Counted from the stretch's first letter, positions 27,216 to 36,530 are shown. The stretch: DNA of 64,000 bases from Candidatus Leptovillus affinis (GCA_016705235.1 JADIYP010000005.1:190067-254066), one strand, 5' to 3'. The notes: generated from the sequence alone by a model not told the origin. Made by a program: numbers and translations.

Positions 27216-27458
27216 CTACCCACTATTCTCCATCCGATTCGCCCAATCCTTGCCGCAAATAGGGATGAGTTGGATGTTGCCTTCCTGCTTGCCCAGCAGG
27301 TCGGTGACTTTGCGGAAGAGTTCTTCCTGATAGTTGCGCGAGATGTCGCCACAAAAGGCGCTGTACTGGATGCGATCCAAACCGTAATCCAGGCAAGCAT
27401 CGGCGATTTTGGCGCGGATACGGTCGTCCACAATGTCGTAGATGAGCAGGCAGCGCAT
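27216..27458 (-). CDS. cas2: CRISPR-associated endoribonuclease Cas2
   Basis: MRCLLIYDIVDDRIRAKIADACLDYGLDRIQYSAFCGDIS... is a classic Cas2 N-terminus. The start is placed at the internal ATG at 27458; the track ORF extends into a repeat hairpin. Confidence 0.85.
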   Translation of the reverse strand: MRCLLIYDIVDDRIRAKIADACLDYGLDRIQYSAFCGDISRNYQEELFRKVTDLLGKQEGNIQLIPICGKDWANRMENSG

Positions 27459-27542
27459 GGGAATTTCGGATTTTTGATTTCGGATTTCGGATGGGGGGAT
27501 ATGCCGAAATCCCAAATCCCAAATCCGAAATCCTGAATCGTT

Positions 27543-28586
27543 TCACCAACTGGCGAGAAAGGGCGTGTAGGCGTCACGCTCGTTGCGGACGTAGGTGGCG
27601 ATGGTGCGGGCCTGCATCTGGATAATTGTGCGCAAGGGATAGCGCTTGTCGGCATATTTTTCCGGCGTTTCGAGCCGCGTCAGGATTTTTTCGGCCAGAA
27701 AGCGGCGAGTTTTCTCGGTGAGAAAGCCCTGTTCGTCCTGCTCGATTTTGACGCCTTTGTTGACCAGTCCCAGCACGGTGCGATCTACGGCCGGAGCGCG
27801 AAACTCCTCGATGAAATCCAGCGCCAGGCTGGGCTTGCCGGGCCGGTCGGTGTGGACGTAGCCGCCGTAGGGGTCCAATCCGGCCAGAACAACAGCGCGT
27901 TCGATCTGGCTGTAGAGGATGCCATAGCCGTAGTTGAGGGCGCTGTTAAAGGGGTCGCGGGCGCCGCGTCCTTCACGGCCGTTCCATTCCCATCCTTCCG
28001 GCAGCAGCAGCTTGATACCCCGCCAATACTTCTGCGCGGCGCGTCCTTCGATGGAGAGCAGCGGGCCGCGCACGTCGTCTATGTGGTAATGCTCGCGGGG
28101 GGCCAGAAAGTCCAGGGCGCAGAGTTCTTCCATGTGGTCGAGGATTTCCCCGGCCAGCCAGTGAAGGTCGCGGTGCAGGTCGGGATCGGTCTCCTTGCGA
28201 TATTTGGCGGCGTATTTGAGCAGGGTGGCCTGGTTCTGGATTTTGCCACCGGCGAAGGCGAGGGCCAGGTGGATGGCGCGCAGGTCGTTGTAGGCCGTTA
28301 GTTGGGCGCGGCGGGTGAGGACGGTGCCGGTGAGACCGGCGCTGTAGAGGCTGGCATAGGGGTTGCCGGTGCCACTGAGGAAGTGGATGGGGATGCCCTG
28401 GTCGGTGCAGGCGCGGATGGCGTCGGCGGAGATGGAGACGCCGTTGTTGGCAATGGTGACGGTTTCGAGGTGGAGCAGAGGGGCCTGGGCCAGGGTTTCT
28501 TTACCCTGGGTGATTTTGAGGCGGCCCTGGTATTTACCGACGTGGCTGCCGAACTGGTCGGCGATGAGGTGTTGGATAATGGGCAT
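27543..28586 (-). CDS. cas1: CRISPR-associated endonuclease Cas1
   Basis: DPFNSALNYGYGILYSQIERAVVLAGLDPYGGYVHTDRPGKPSLALDFIEEFR is the Cas1 catalytic core. Confidence 0.95.
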   Translation of the reverse strand: MPIIQHLIADQFGSHVGKYQGRLKITQGKETLAQAPLLHLETVTIANNGVSISADAIRACTDQGIPIHFLSGTGNPYASLYSAGLTGTVLTRRAQLTAYNDLRAIHLALAFAGGKIQNQATLLKYAAKYRKETDPDLHRDLHWLAGEILDHMEELCALDFLAPREHYHIDDVRGPLLSIEGRAAQKYWRGIKLLLPEGWEWNGREGRGARDPFNSALNYGYGILYSQIERAVVLAGLDPYGGYVHTDRPGKPSLALDFIEEFRAPAVDRTVLGLVNKGVKIEQDEQGFLTEKTRRFLAEKILTRLETPEKYADKRYPLRTIIQMQARTIATYVRNERDAYTPFLASW

Positions 28587-28610
28587 AGGGAACTCCGAAT
28601 GGTGAATTAC

Positions 28611-28650
28611 TAATCGTCAATCGTTAATTGTCAATCGTCAATTGCTAATG
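28611..28650. promoter_or_regulatory. Tandem TCAATCGT / TCAATTG words in the divergent cas1 / HTH-gene promoter region; candidate operator
   Basis: TAATCGTCAATCGTTAATTGTCAATCGTCAATTGCTAATG, read directly in the sequence. No binding protein has been demonstrated. Confidence 0.25.
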
Positions 28651-28677
28651 GGGGTAGGGTAGCAGACGGCCGTTTGA

Positions 28678-28989
<312 letters not shown>

Positions 28990-28997
28990 TGGTGAAC

Positions 28998-29300
28998 ATG
29001 AACGTGCAAACGATACAAATCTCACCCCACGCTCGTCTACGGATGGCACAACGGAATGTGTCGGACGCCCAGATTTTGTTTATACTTACACATGGTCACG
29101 CGGTACACTGTGCCGGAGCCATTCTCGTCACCTTACGTCAAAAAGACATTCCTAAATCAGAGCGGGCAAAGGATACTTTTGCCCGTTTAGAAGGGGTAAC
29201 GGTTGTGATGAATCGATCAGCGCCAGTTGTGCAAACGGTATGGCGGAATCGCCGTCATGGGCTGCGCCACATTCGCCAGAAACCCCGTTATTCCTGTTAA
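28998..29300 (+). CDS. DUF4258-like protein (putative toxin)
   Basis: ISPHARLRMAQRNVSDAQILFILTHG resembles the DUF4258 H-x-x-x-R-M-x-x-R-x-I motif. The ATG at 28998 overlaps the upstream gene end. Confidence 0.5.
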   Translation: MNVQTIQISPHARLRMAQRNVSDAQILFILTHGHAVHCAGAILVTLRQKDIPKSERAKDTFARLEGVTVVMNRSAPVVQTVWRNRRHGLRHIRQKPRYSC

Positions 29301-29404
29301 CCATTTGGGCATTTTGGGAGAAGCAACAAACTTTCTCCGAAAATGCCCTTTTGTGTTTCCATTTCTGACAATCTGGTCAGGTACACTGTTGTTGGAGGTT
29401 TGCT

Positions 29405-29638
29405 ATGAGTAAAGGTTTAGCCAGAGCCGAACGATTGCGCCAATTAGAGAAGAAGTATTTGTATGGTGCGTTCAACGACGAAGAAATGGCAGCGGCGATG
29501 GGCGTCGAAAGCCGAATTACCATCTACAAAGACCGTCAGTTGTTGCTGAAGAACGGTGTGCCTTTTGTGGAGACAGAACGAGGCCGCTGGAAGATTGATC
29601 GCCAAAAATACGTCTCGGAACTGCGGGTGAATGCATGA
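29405..29638 (+). CDS. HTH N-terminal fragment of a WYL-type regulator (split or frameshifted)
   Basis: EEMAAAMGVESRITIYKDRQLLLKNGVPF is HTH-like. The ORF ends at 29638 and overlaps the WYL ORF by 8 nt in another frame. Confidence 0.55.
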   Translation: MSKGLARAERLRQLEKKYLYGAFNDEEMAAAMGVESRITIYKDRQLLLKNGVPFVETERGRWKIDRQKYVSELRVNA

Positions 29639-30428
29639 AGCGGCGATGTTGTATCTGATGGCGCGTAAAGCGGCCCGGCAGACGCATGCACCCAATCCTC
29701 ATCTAGTCAATGTCTTGCGGACAATTGCCTTGAAGTTGCACCAACCCTTGATGGATCGGCTGATTACGGCGACAGATTTTATTCCCCAGGCAGAGGGGGC
29801 ATTGGAAGAAACGGCCGTTCTGGAAAAAATCGTCACCTGTTGGGTAGAGCAGCGCAAAGTCAGCATTCGTTACCGGGGGCTACAGTCGCAAAAGTCAACG
29901 GTTCACCTGGTCAGCCCTTATTTGCTGGAACCGTCGTTGTGGGGCGAAGGGATTTACCTGGTGGGCTATAGTGAAAAGCTGAACCGGATTGTGCCTTTCA
30001 AGTTAAATCGTATCGAAAAAGCGGCCGACACCACACAACCCATCATTGCATCGGACTCATTCAACGAACAGGAGTTTGTGCGCAACGTGTGGAGCATTTG
30101 GGATGGCGACGGAGAGTTGGTGACGGTGAAGCTGCGATTTCGGGGGGAAACGGCCGTGCGTCGGGTGCTAGAGAGTGTGTGGCATCCGAACCAGGCGGAA
30201 CCGGAGCGGCTGCCGAACGGGGATTTGATCTGGTCTACGCAGGTGGCGGAGTGGCGGGAGATGCTGCCGTGGATATGCGGGTGGGGGGCGGATTGCGAGG
30301 TGTTGGAACCGGTGACTTTGCGTGAAACGCTCATGGGGGAGGCAAAGGCTATGGCTGAACAATACGGCTGGTTTGTCAACAAGCAAGCCAATTCATCCAT
30401 AAGCGCGGCGTCTGATTTTTTTGGATGA
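29631..30428 (+). CDS. WYL-domain protein (C-terminal part of a CRISPR-associated HTH-WYL regulator)
   Basis: VSIRYRGLQSQKSTVHLVSPYLLEPSLWGEGIYLVGYSEKLNRIVPFKLNRIEKA is a WYL domain. It is followed by a WCX-like C-terminal region. Confidence 0.75.
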   Translation: MHEAAMLYLMARKAARQTHAPNPHLVNVLRTIALKLHQPLMDRLITATDFIPQAEGALEETAVLEKIVTCWVEQRKVSIRYRGLQSQKSTVHLVSPYLLEPSLWGEGIYLVGYSEKLNRIVPFKLNRIEKAADTTQPIIASDSFNEQEFVRNVWSIWDGDGELVTVKLRFRGETAVRRVLESVWHPNQAEPERLPNGDLIWSTQVAEWREMLPWICGWGADCEVLEPVTLRETLMGEAKAMAEQYGWFVNKQANSSISAASDFFG

Positions 30429-30434
30429 TGGCGA

Positions 30435-30794
30435 TCATTTTGCCGATTTCACGCGAATTTTGCGATCTGTGACCACGACAAGACAACCAGACCACTGCGC
30501 TACCGCTTCGCTGGTGAAGATCACTTCAACTTTCTGGATCAACTGTCGGCGAGTGGGGTTGTTGAGACGGAGCAACAAAACACCATGATGTGTACCGGGC
30601 TTGAAGTGCTGAACATTCGAGAAATCAAGGTCTTGGGTGATCAAAAAGCGATTCTCTGCTTGAGCCGCCTGCCAAACCTGATCATCATCCGCCCCGTCAA
30701 GATTTTCTTCCGGGACCGTTTCGGCATCATGCCCAAGCTGGCGCAGCATAACCGCCAATTCAACCGGCAGATTTTCATCCAGCTTGATCTGCAT
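30435..30794 (-). CDS. DUF5615 / Mut7-C-like PIN-fold putative toxin
   Basis: MQIKLDENLPVELAVMLRQLGHDAETV...DDDQVWQAAQAENRFLITQDLDF. Confidence 0.7.
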   Translation of the reverse strand: MQIKLDENLPVELAVMLRQLGHDAETVPEENLDGADDDQVWQAAQAENRFLITQDLDFSNVQHFKPGTHHGVLLLRLNNPTRRQLIQKVEVIFTSEAVAQWSGCLVVVTDRKIRVKSAK

Positions 30795-30796
30795 GG

Positions 30797-31030
30797 TTAT
30801 ACCGCCAGAACCATCGCTGGTATATCTTCGGCCGCAGAGTCAGCCGCAAAGGCAATCAAGGCCCAGATCGCTTCTTCAGTCAGTGTGGGAAAGCTGTGCA
30901 GAATGTCTTCCACACGGTCGCCTTCGGCCAGACTGCCTAAGATGGTGCGGATGGGGATACGGGTGCCTTTGACAACGGCCGTTCCGCCACAGATTTTAGG
31001 GTCGCGCACAATATAGTTTGTATAGTCCAT
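30797..31030 (-). CDS. DUF433 putative antitoxin
   Basis: IVRDPKICGGTAVVKGTRIPIRTILGSLAEGDRVEDILHSFPTLTEEAIWALIAFA. It lies 2 nt upstream of the DUF5615 gene. Confidence 0.75.
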   Translation of the reverse strand: MDYTNYIVRDPKICGGTAVVKGTRIPIRTILGSLAEGDRVEDILHSFPTLTEEAIWALIAFAADSAAEDIPAMVLAV

Positions 31031-31066
31031 ACGCTTAGTATAGCGGAAACAGGATACAGGTGGAAG

Positions 31067-33544
31067 ATGTCAAAACCGTATGTCTATCAACAGCAAGTTC
31101 AAGAAGCTCTGTTGCAAGGTCAAAATATCATCCTGCAAGCACCCACCGGGGCCGGCAAAACCCGCGCCGCGCTAACCCCATTTCTGGATACATTTTGGGA
31201 TGCGTCAGCCAGTGTCTTTCCTAAAAAGTGCGTTTACATTGTGCCCATGCGTGTCCTGGCAAATCAATTCACCGAAGAGGTACGCAAAAAAGCAGCGCGA
31301 TACGAACGTATCTATAAACGCCAACTTAACGTGGGACGACAAACTGGCGAATATAGGGAAGACCCCGAATTTCGCGCCGCCATTACCTTTGCCACCATTG
31401 ATCAGGTGTTGAGCAGTTGGCTGATGCACCCGTACAGCCTGTCGGCGCGGAAGGGAAACCTGAATACTGGCGCGTTTGTCGGTAGTTACCTAATTTTTGA
31501 TGAGTTCCACCTTTTCGATCCCGATTCTATGCTGCCAACAACGCTACATATGCTGAAAACCCTAAAAGGCGTAAGCCCTTTTGTGTTGATGACGGCGACC
31601 TTTTCTCAGGAAATGTTGCAAGAACTGGCGCAGGAATTGGGGGCAACGGCCGTTCTCCTTTCGCCCGACGATCTACAAAAGATCCCTTCGCAGCACAAAA
31701 CGCGCACCTTCCATACGGTAGACCGGCCTTTGGTAGGTGACGATGACGTATTCATTGACCAGATTGTGGCTGCGCACCTGGCACAAGAATCAGATGACCA
31801 GCGGTCTCTGGTGGTGTGTAACCAGGTAGAACGAGCGCAACGTGTGTATCAGGCATTGACGCGACATCCTGACCTGACCGATGTTACCGTGCGCCTGCTG
31901 CACAGCCGCTTTTTGCGTGCAGACCGGCAAAAGATTGAGGCAGAAATCCGGCGCGAGTTCAATAAAGAGCGGGCACAGCATACGCAGCGCAGCATGATTT
32001 TGGTAGGTACACAGGTAGTGGAAGTAGGATTGGATATGAGCAGCCGCGCTTTACATACGGAACTGGCTCCGGCAGCGGCCGTTTTGCAGCGGGCGGGGCG
32101 ATGTGCGCGGTATGAAGGGGAAGAAGGCCATGTGTATGTCTACCGCCTAGAACCGGAAAGTTATGCGCCGTACCACAACCGTTATGCCGCTGAACAATGC
32201 GACCTGACCTGGGAATGGCTGCAAACCCATCAAGACCACCACCTTTCTTTCCAGGATGAACAAGCCCTCATCAACCATGCCCACACGCCATCAGACCGTA
32301 ATATCCTCAAAGGACTAAAAGCAGGTGAACTGGACCATGAACGTGAAATCTACGTAATCTGGCGCGGTGATGGCAATCGTGGCGAGGCGCAAAAGCTGAT
32401 ACGCAACATTCAGGCAGTGTCCATTGTTGTTCACCCTGAACCAGACAAACTGGTTTCTGCGCCTTTCAAAGTTGAGAGCTTCTCCCTTTTTCCCGGCACG
32501 TTACATGGCAAATTCAAGGAGTGGCAAAAACACAATAATGCTACCGATGAATTTTTCGATGAAGGCCATTTAGAATGGTTGATCCGAAGGCTTGAGGAGC
32601 TGCCGGACAGTGAAGAAGACGCGCAAGGAAATCAGGTGGTGCGTTATGGTTTCAAAGATGTAACATCGTCGGCTGCTTTGCATGGGCCGCTGTTTGCTGT
32701 TAATCCAGCGTTGGTCGGTTATACGCCGGAGATGGGATTAACTTTATATCCGGGAGCGCCGTATACATGTTCAACGCCAGAGCAAGACAAAGGCGCAGCA
32801 GCGCAAAGTCCGGCACATAGTTCCAGGTTAGAAAGCTACTGTCGGCATATCGAACTGGTACATGAAGCCTTTCGGGATGATTTTTTACGGCCGTTAGCCC
32901 AAAGCGCCGTTCGCCTGGAAAAGGCATTTAGCTGGTCGCCAGGCATTATCGCCGAAACAGCCCATCTGGTTATTTGCCTGCATGACGTGGGCAAACTCAA
33001 CAACCAGTGGCAGCAGTGGGTGCGGAACTGGCAAAAACAAACGGGGCAGGTATATGAAAAAGATGGCGTTTACGCCCATTGGGACGGAGATGGTTCGGAA
33101 ACCCACCGGACGCTGGAACGAAAGCTAAAAAGGCAGCGCCCCCACCACGCGATTGAAGGGGCCATCGCCAGTATTCCTTTGCTGGAGGCTGTTATTCCCG
33201 AAAGCTGCGAACCACTTCTTCGAGCGGCGTTCACGGCCGTTGCCCGCCATCATACCACCTTTGCCAGCGAGGCAAGCAATTATCGCTTGATCCCTACGTA
33301 TCGGGCAGAGATAGACAAGACGCTGCAATTGCCACAAGTGCCGGTTACTTTATTCACAAAATGCCAGGGCGTGCCAATTGAAGATCGCATTGAGGCGAAT
33401 TTGCCTTTACAAAGAGAATTACAGGAGAACTATTTTATTCGTGAGACGAATCAGGAAGATATGTGCAGCTATATGCTTTTGGTGCGGGCTTTGCGTCTGG
33501 CCGACCAAAAAGGGACGGAACGCGGTTCACGGGACGCGAGTTAA
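31067..33544 (+). CDS. cas3: Cas3 helicase with a C-terminal HD nuclease domain
   Basis: Motif I ILQAPTGAGKTRAAL and motif II LIFDEFHLFD, with helicase C motifs. The HD-type residues lie only near the C-terminus (LVICLHDVGKLNNQW, ...RHHTTF). Confidence 0.85.
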   Translation: MSKPYVYQQQVQEALLQGQNIILQAPTGAGKTRAALTPFLDTFWDASASVFPKKCVYIVPMRVLANQFTEEVRKKAARYERIYKRQLNVGRQTGEYREDPEFRAAITFATIDQVLSSWLMHPYSLSARKGNLNTGAFVGSYLIFDEFHLFDPDSMLPTTLHMLKTLKGVSPFVLMTATFSQEMLQELAQELGATAVLLSPDDLQKIPSQHKTRTFHTVDRPLVGDDDVFIDQIVAAHLAQESDDQRSLVVCNQVERAQRVYQALTRHPDLTDVTVRLLHSRFLRADRQKIEAEIRREFNKERAQHTQRSMILVGTQVVEVGLDMSSRALHTELAPAAAVLQRAGRCARYEGEEGHVYVYRLEPESYAPYHNRYAAEQCDLTWEWLQTHQDHHLSFQDEQALINHAHTPSDRNILKGLKAGELDHEREIYVIWRGDGNRGEAQKLIRNIQAVSIVVHPEPDKLVSAPFKVESFSLFPGTLHGKFKEWQKHNNATDEFFDEGHLEWLIRRLEELPDSEEDAQGNQVVRYGFKDVTSSAALHGPLFAVNPALVGYTPEMGLTLYPGAPYTCSTPEQDKGAAAQSPAHSSRLESYCRHIELVHEAFRDDFLRPLAQSAVRLEKAFSWSPGIIAETAHLVICLHDVGKLNNQWQQWVRNWQKQTGQVYEKDGVYAHWDGDGSETHRTLERKLKRQRPHHAIEGAIASIPLLEAVIPESCEPLLRAAFTAVARHHTTFASEASNYRLIPTYRAEIDKTLQLPQVPVTLFTKCQGVPIEDRIEANLPLQRELQENYFIRETNQEDMCSYMLLVRALRLADQKGTERGSRDAS

Positions 33545-33931
33545 GCCAGCCATTTGCTCAATATGATGATCGAAAGAGAAAACGGCCGTTACCCCCATTT
33601 GCTGCGCCAGCGCCAACAAAGAGCAATCGGGGTAGCTCCAATCCTTATCGGCGTAACGGCTAAAAAGCGACCAGATGACTTGACGCATGTCATCGGTCAA
33701 AGGAACAAGCTGAAATTGGGCGCTTGCCTGAATGCTTTCACCCAATTGAATCGCTTGCCTGCTGCCCAAACGCGCCTTAATCAGCGTCATAGTTTCGGCA
33801 AAGATGAATTCTGGGATGAAGAAAACAGCCTCTCTGTTAGCCAGGGCAAACTGTTTGGCGACCGGATGAAACCTATCTTTGGCGTTCAACAGCGCCAGAA
33901 ACGCGCCAGAATCAATAATGAATTGGGGCAT
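33527..33931 (-). CDS. vapC: PIN-domain toxin VapC
   Basis: MPQFIIDSGAFLALLNAKDRFH...FSFDHHIEQM is PIN-type. It overlaps the cas3 3' end by 18 nt on the opposite strand. Confidence 0.8.
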   Translation of the reverse strand: MPQFIIDSGAFLALLNAKDRFHPVAKQFALANREAVFFIPEFIFAETMTLIKARLGSRQAIQLGESIQASAQFQLVPLTDDMRQVIWSLFSRYADKDWSYPDCSLLALAQQMGVTAVFSFDHHIEQMAGLTRVP

Positions 33932-33933
33932 AA

Positions 33934-34260
33934 TTATGACGACTTGTTGTTGATCCGCACGGCCTGCCCGTCACTACCCCGACGATACCTTTGGGGCGCA
34001 ATTTCCCAGGCGTGCAACTCCTGCGCTTCCGCGCTCATCATGTCCGCCAACAAATATAAATCTGGGTCCTGGCTGACAGGAATGCCATCAATCAACGGTT
34101 TTTCGCTGCTGAATGCACCAATGAGATCAAAAACGGGATCGGTTATCTCTACCTCACTGCGCTCAATGTGCAGCCGAACCCGCGTCCGGTTGGGCAGTTT
34201 AAGCGGGGTTAACGGCCGTAATACCCCATTTTCATATACGGCCGTAATTATTTCGCTCAT
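33934..34260 (-). CDS. Antitoxin (AF2212/DUF104-like N-terminus) paired with VapC
   Basis: MSEIITAVYENGVLRPLTPLKLPNRTRVRLHIE. It lies 2 nt upstream of vapC. I prefer the ATG at 34260 to the one at 34284. Confidence 0.7.
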   Translation of the reverse strand: MSEIITAVYENGVLRPLTPLKLPNRTRVRLHIERSEVEITDPVFDLIGAFSSEKPLIDGIPVSQDPDLYLLADMMSAEAQELHAWEIAPQRYRRGSDGQAVRINNKSS

Positions 34261-34344
34261 GATCTGTCTCCCGTTCCATAACATCCAGTACTCTCTAATG
34301 AGTCTGATTCCATATTCTGGAATTAACGTTATGAAAACAATAAT

Positions 34345-34368
34345 GTTTCAGTAATCTCTGGCGATTCT
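34345..34368 (-). repeat. Orphan CRISPR half-repeat (24 nt identical to the 3' two-thirds of the repeat, minus-strand orientation)
   Basis: The plus strand reads GTTTCAGTAATCTCTGGCGATTCT, the reverse complement of AGAATCGCCAGAGATTACTGAAAC. It lies 5' of the vapB-like gene on the minus strand and about 45 nt upstream of the putative Cascade promoter on the plus strand. Confidence 0.9.
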
Positions 34369-34410
34369 GCTTCTACAACACAGACTTAACGTACAAGAGC
34401 ATTGTATCGC

Positions 34411-34439
34411 TTGACAGGAAAAAGGCAATCGTTTATTCT
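34411..34439 (+). promoter_or_regulatory. Sigma70-like promoter candidate for the cas8-cas7-cas5 operon (TTGACA - 17 nt - TATTCT)
   Basis: Read directly in the AT-rich gap upstream of cas8. Not validated. Confidence 0.3.
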
Positions 34440-34468
34440 TTCATCATCACTTTAATATAAAAACTATA

Positions 34469-34711
34469 ATGGGAAAAAAATTAAACGATATGAGCGAAAT
34501 TTTACAAGAACACGATGTCTGTCAATCATATGAAACGCTTGTTGAATCCATTTATCAATCACGAATAACGCTTAACGAATTGGTGAGCGCCGATTTAACA
34601 TTGCACCCACCGATTATTATATACATTATGCGGGATGTTCGTGGCTGTGTAAAGTCGCTTATGCCTTATCTGGAGCAACTTTCAGCGCACATGGAGGATG
34701 CGTATGAGTAA
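34469..34711 (+). CDS. Hypothetical small protein upstream of and overlapping the cas8-like gene
   Basis: 80-aa ORF that looks more AT-rich by eye than its neighbours, has no clear Shine-Dalgarno and matches no family I recognise. It may not be expressed. Confidence 0.25.
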   Translation: MGKKLNDMSEILQEHDVCQSYETLVESIYQSRITLNELVSADLTLHPPIIIYIMRDVRGCVKSLMPYLEQLSAHMEDAYE

Positions 34712-36530
34712 CAACCATTTTATCATAGACAAAATCACGGGTACGTTCGCAGATGATTTGCTCGCTGCCGGTTTCATGGCTGTGTTAGATAACCTGTATC
34801 GTCGGCAGGTCGGCATAGCCAATATGACACAAGTGGATTGTGGTCATTATTATCAGATAATGGCCGATGCGCCGTTAGACTTGGAAAAGGTGCAGCGCGA
34901 GGCTGAATTTTTTATCGGCGCAAGATTCCTGCGTACCGAGGGCAATAAAGACAAATTGCCAACCGGCTTACCCGAAGCATACTTTGTGGATTACAAAGAA
35001 AAACGGGATGAGCGCAACGCTTTTTTCGATGCCCTGAACACTTTAGAAAAAACGGTGAGTAAGGCGTATTGGCGCGGCGACGAAGAGGTGCTGGCTTATT
35101 TGCCCACACCCCCTGATCGCCACTACGACATTTACCGGATGATGAACAGCCCAACAACGCTCATTGGCTACACGCGGCTGGTGAATCAGTGGGTGCAGGT
35201 GGGGGAAAGCGGCCGTACCGGTGACGTGTGTTACCTGTTGTGCCAGATGTTCAGCAGCGATGCAGACGGCCGTTATCAGCCCAACGATGTGGCAGCGGCC
35301 GTCGCCGCCTGGAAAGACATTGCCAAAACCGAGCAATGGCCGCTAAATGACACAATCACAACCGCCAGCCAGGTTCTCAATCCGGCGCAAGGCAAAGGCG
35401 TCAACCGTCCTAAGCCGGATGGGGTATCTCCCACAAATCTATCTGGCTTTTGGTTGTTAGAGTGGCTTAAACTGGTCGGCTTTTACCAGATCGGGTTAAC
35501 GGCCGTGCTGCGCGACAGTAGCGACCGCAAAACCTATGTCCCCGCCGCCGGACGCATGACCATCCGCACCCGCGAGCAGATCGACATCCGCTTTCGTAAC
35601 CTTACCCGCGCCAACGAAAGCGCCACCCGCGCCGACATCCTCACCGTGCTGCAATACCTTAGAGCATTCATCCGCGTTACCAGGGAAGCCCAAGAGCAGC
35701 CCGACATGCCCCAACTGCGCTTTAGCCGCCACCGTTCGGTCCGCCCCGCCGACTTCATTCATGGCTTCCACGTCGCCTTTTATAAGAATTTGGGTAACGC
35801 GGCGGCCGTCATGAACATGGCCTTTCTTAATTTGCCCGGTTGGGTACAAATCCATAATGCGGACGAAGCCCAACAATTTCTGGACATTTTGGACGAACAC
35901 GCCGGCATCGTCCGGCAGTTTGCCGAAAACAAAGGCGACGAACTTGATCTCCTCGGCCAATACCGTGACTTCGTTGTCGCCGACAATCTGGACCCATTTT
36001 TTGAATTCAATACTGCCTACAGCAGTTGGCTAATCAGCGCCGGGGAGAAGCCAGGCTTCCCACCGCGTAAATTTTCCACCCACAATTTAAGGAGGTTACT
36101 TGTGAGCGTACAACATGATTTAAGTGACATTGTAGAATCGCCCGGTTTCATTAATATTGCTCGCGCTATTCGTGAAAGCACAGTTCGGGCACAGTACCGT
36201 AAGAACCAAAAGAATGATAAACGGTACACCGTTCGCTACGGTTTGGGGCGTGATTTGGTGCGCAAAGCGTATCACCGCGAAGAATTTGTCGCCGCTCTTA
36301 GCGAATTCTTGCTGACTTATAACGCTGAAAATGCTCAGGTTTTAGAGCGTTATCCAAAAGACAAATACCCCCAATATAAATATCGGTGGGATGTTCAGAC
36401 GGGCGACATTAAAGATATTTTGTCTCTAATAGACAAGTATTCCAATCCCCCCGATCTTATCGCCAAACTACTGGTGGCTTATGGGTATGCAAGTGATTAT
36501 CAAGCCAAAAGCGAGGAGGAAGCCGAATGA
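34704..36530 (+). CDS. Cas8-like large Cascade subunit (positional call; possibly Cmx8/DevT/Cst1-like)
   Basis: About 608 aa, the first gene of the effector operon, immediately before the cas7 and cas5 genes. GGAGG lies 6 nt before the ATG at 34704. I can name no diagnostic motif. Confidence 0.55.
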   Translation: MSNNHFIIDKITGTFADDLLAAGFMAVLDNLYRRQVGIANMTQVDCGHYYQIMADAPLDLEKVQREAEFFIGARFLRTEGNKDKLPTGLPEAYFVDYKEKRDERNAFFDALNTLEKTVSKAYWRGDEEVLAYLPTPPDRHYDIYRMMNSPTTLIGYTRLVNQWVQVGESGRTGDVCYLLCQMFSSDADGRYQPNDVAAAVAAWKDIAKTEQWPLNDTITTASQVLNPAQGKGVNRPKPDGVSPTNLSGFWLLEWLKLVGFYQIGLTAVLRDSSDRKTYVPAAGRMTIRTREQIDIRFRNLTRANESATRADILTVLQYLRAFIRVTREAQEQPDMPQLRFSRHRSVRPADFIHGFHVAFYKNLGNAAAVMNMAFLNLPGWVQIHNADEAQQFLDILDEHAGIVRQFAENKGDELDLLGQYRDFVVADNLDPFFEFNTAYSSWLISAGEKPGFPPRKFSTHNLRRLLVSVQHDLSDIVESPGFINIARAIRESTVRAQYRKNQKNDKRYTVRYGLGRDLVRKAYHREEFVAALSEFLLTYNAENAQVLERYPKDKYPQYKYRWDVQTGDIKDILSLIDKYSNPPDLIAKLLVAYGYASDYQAKSEEEAE

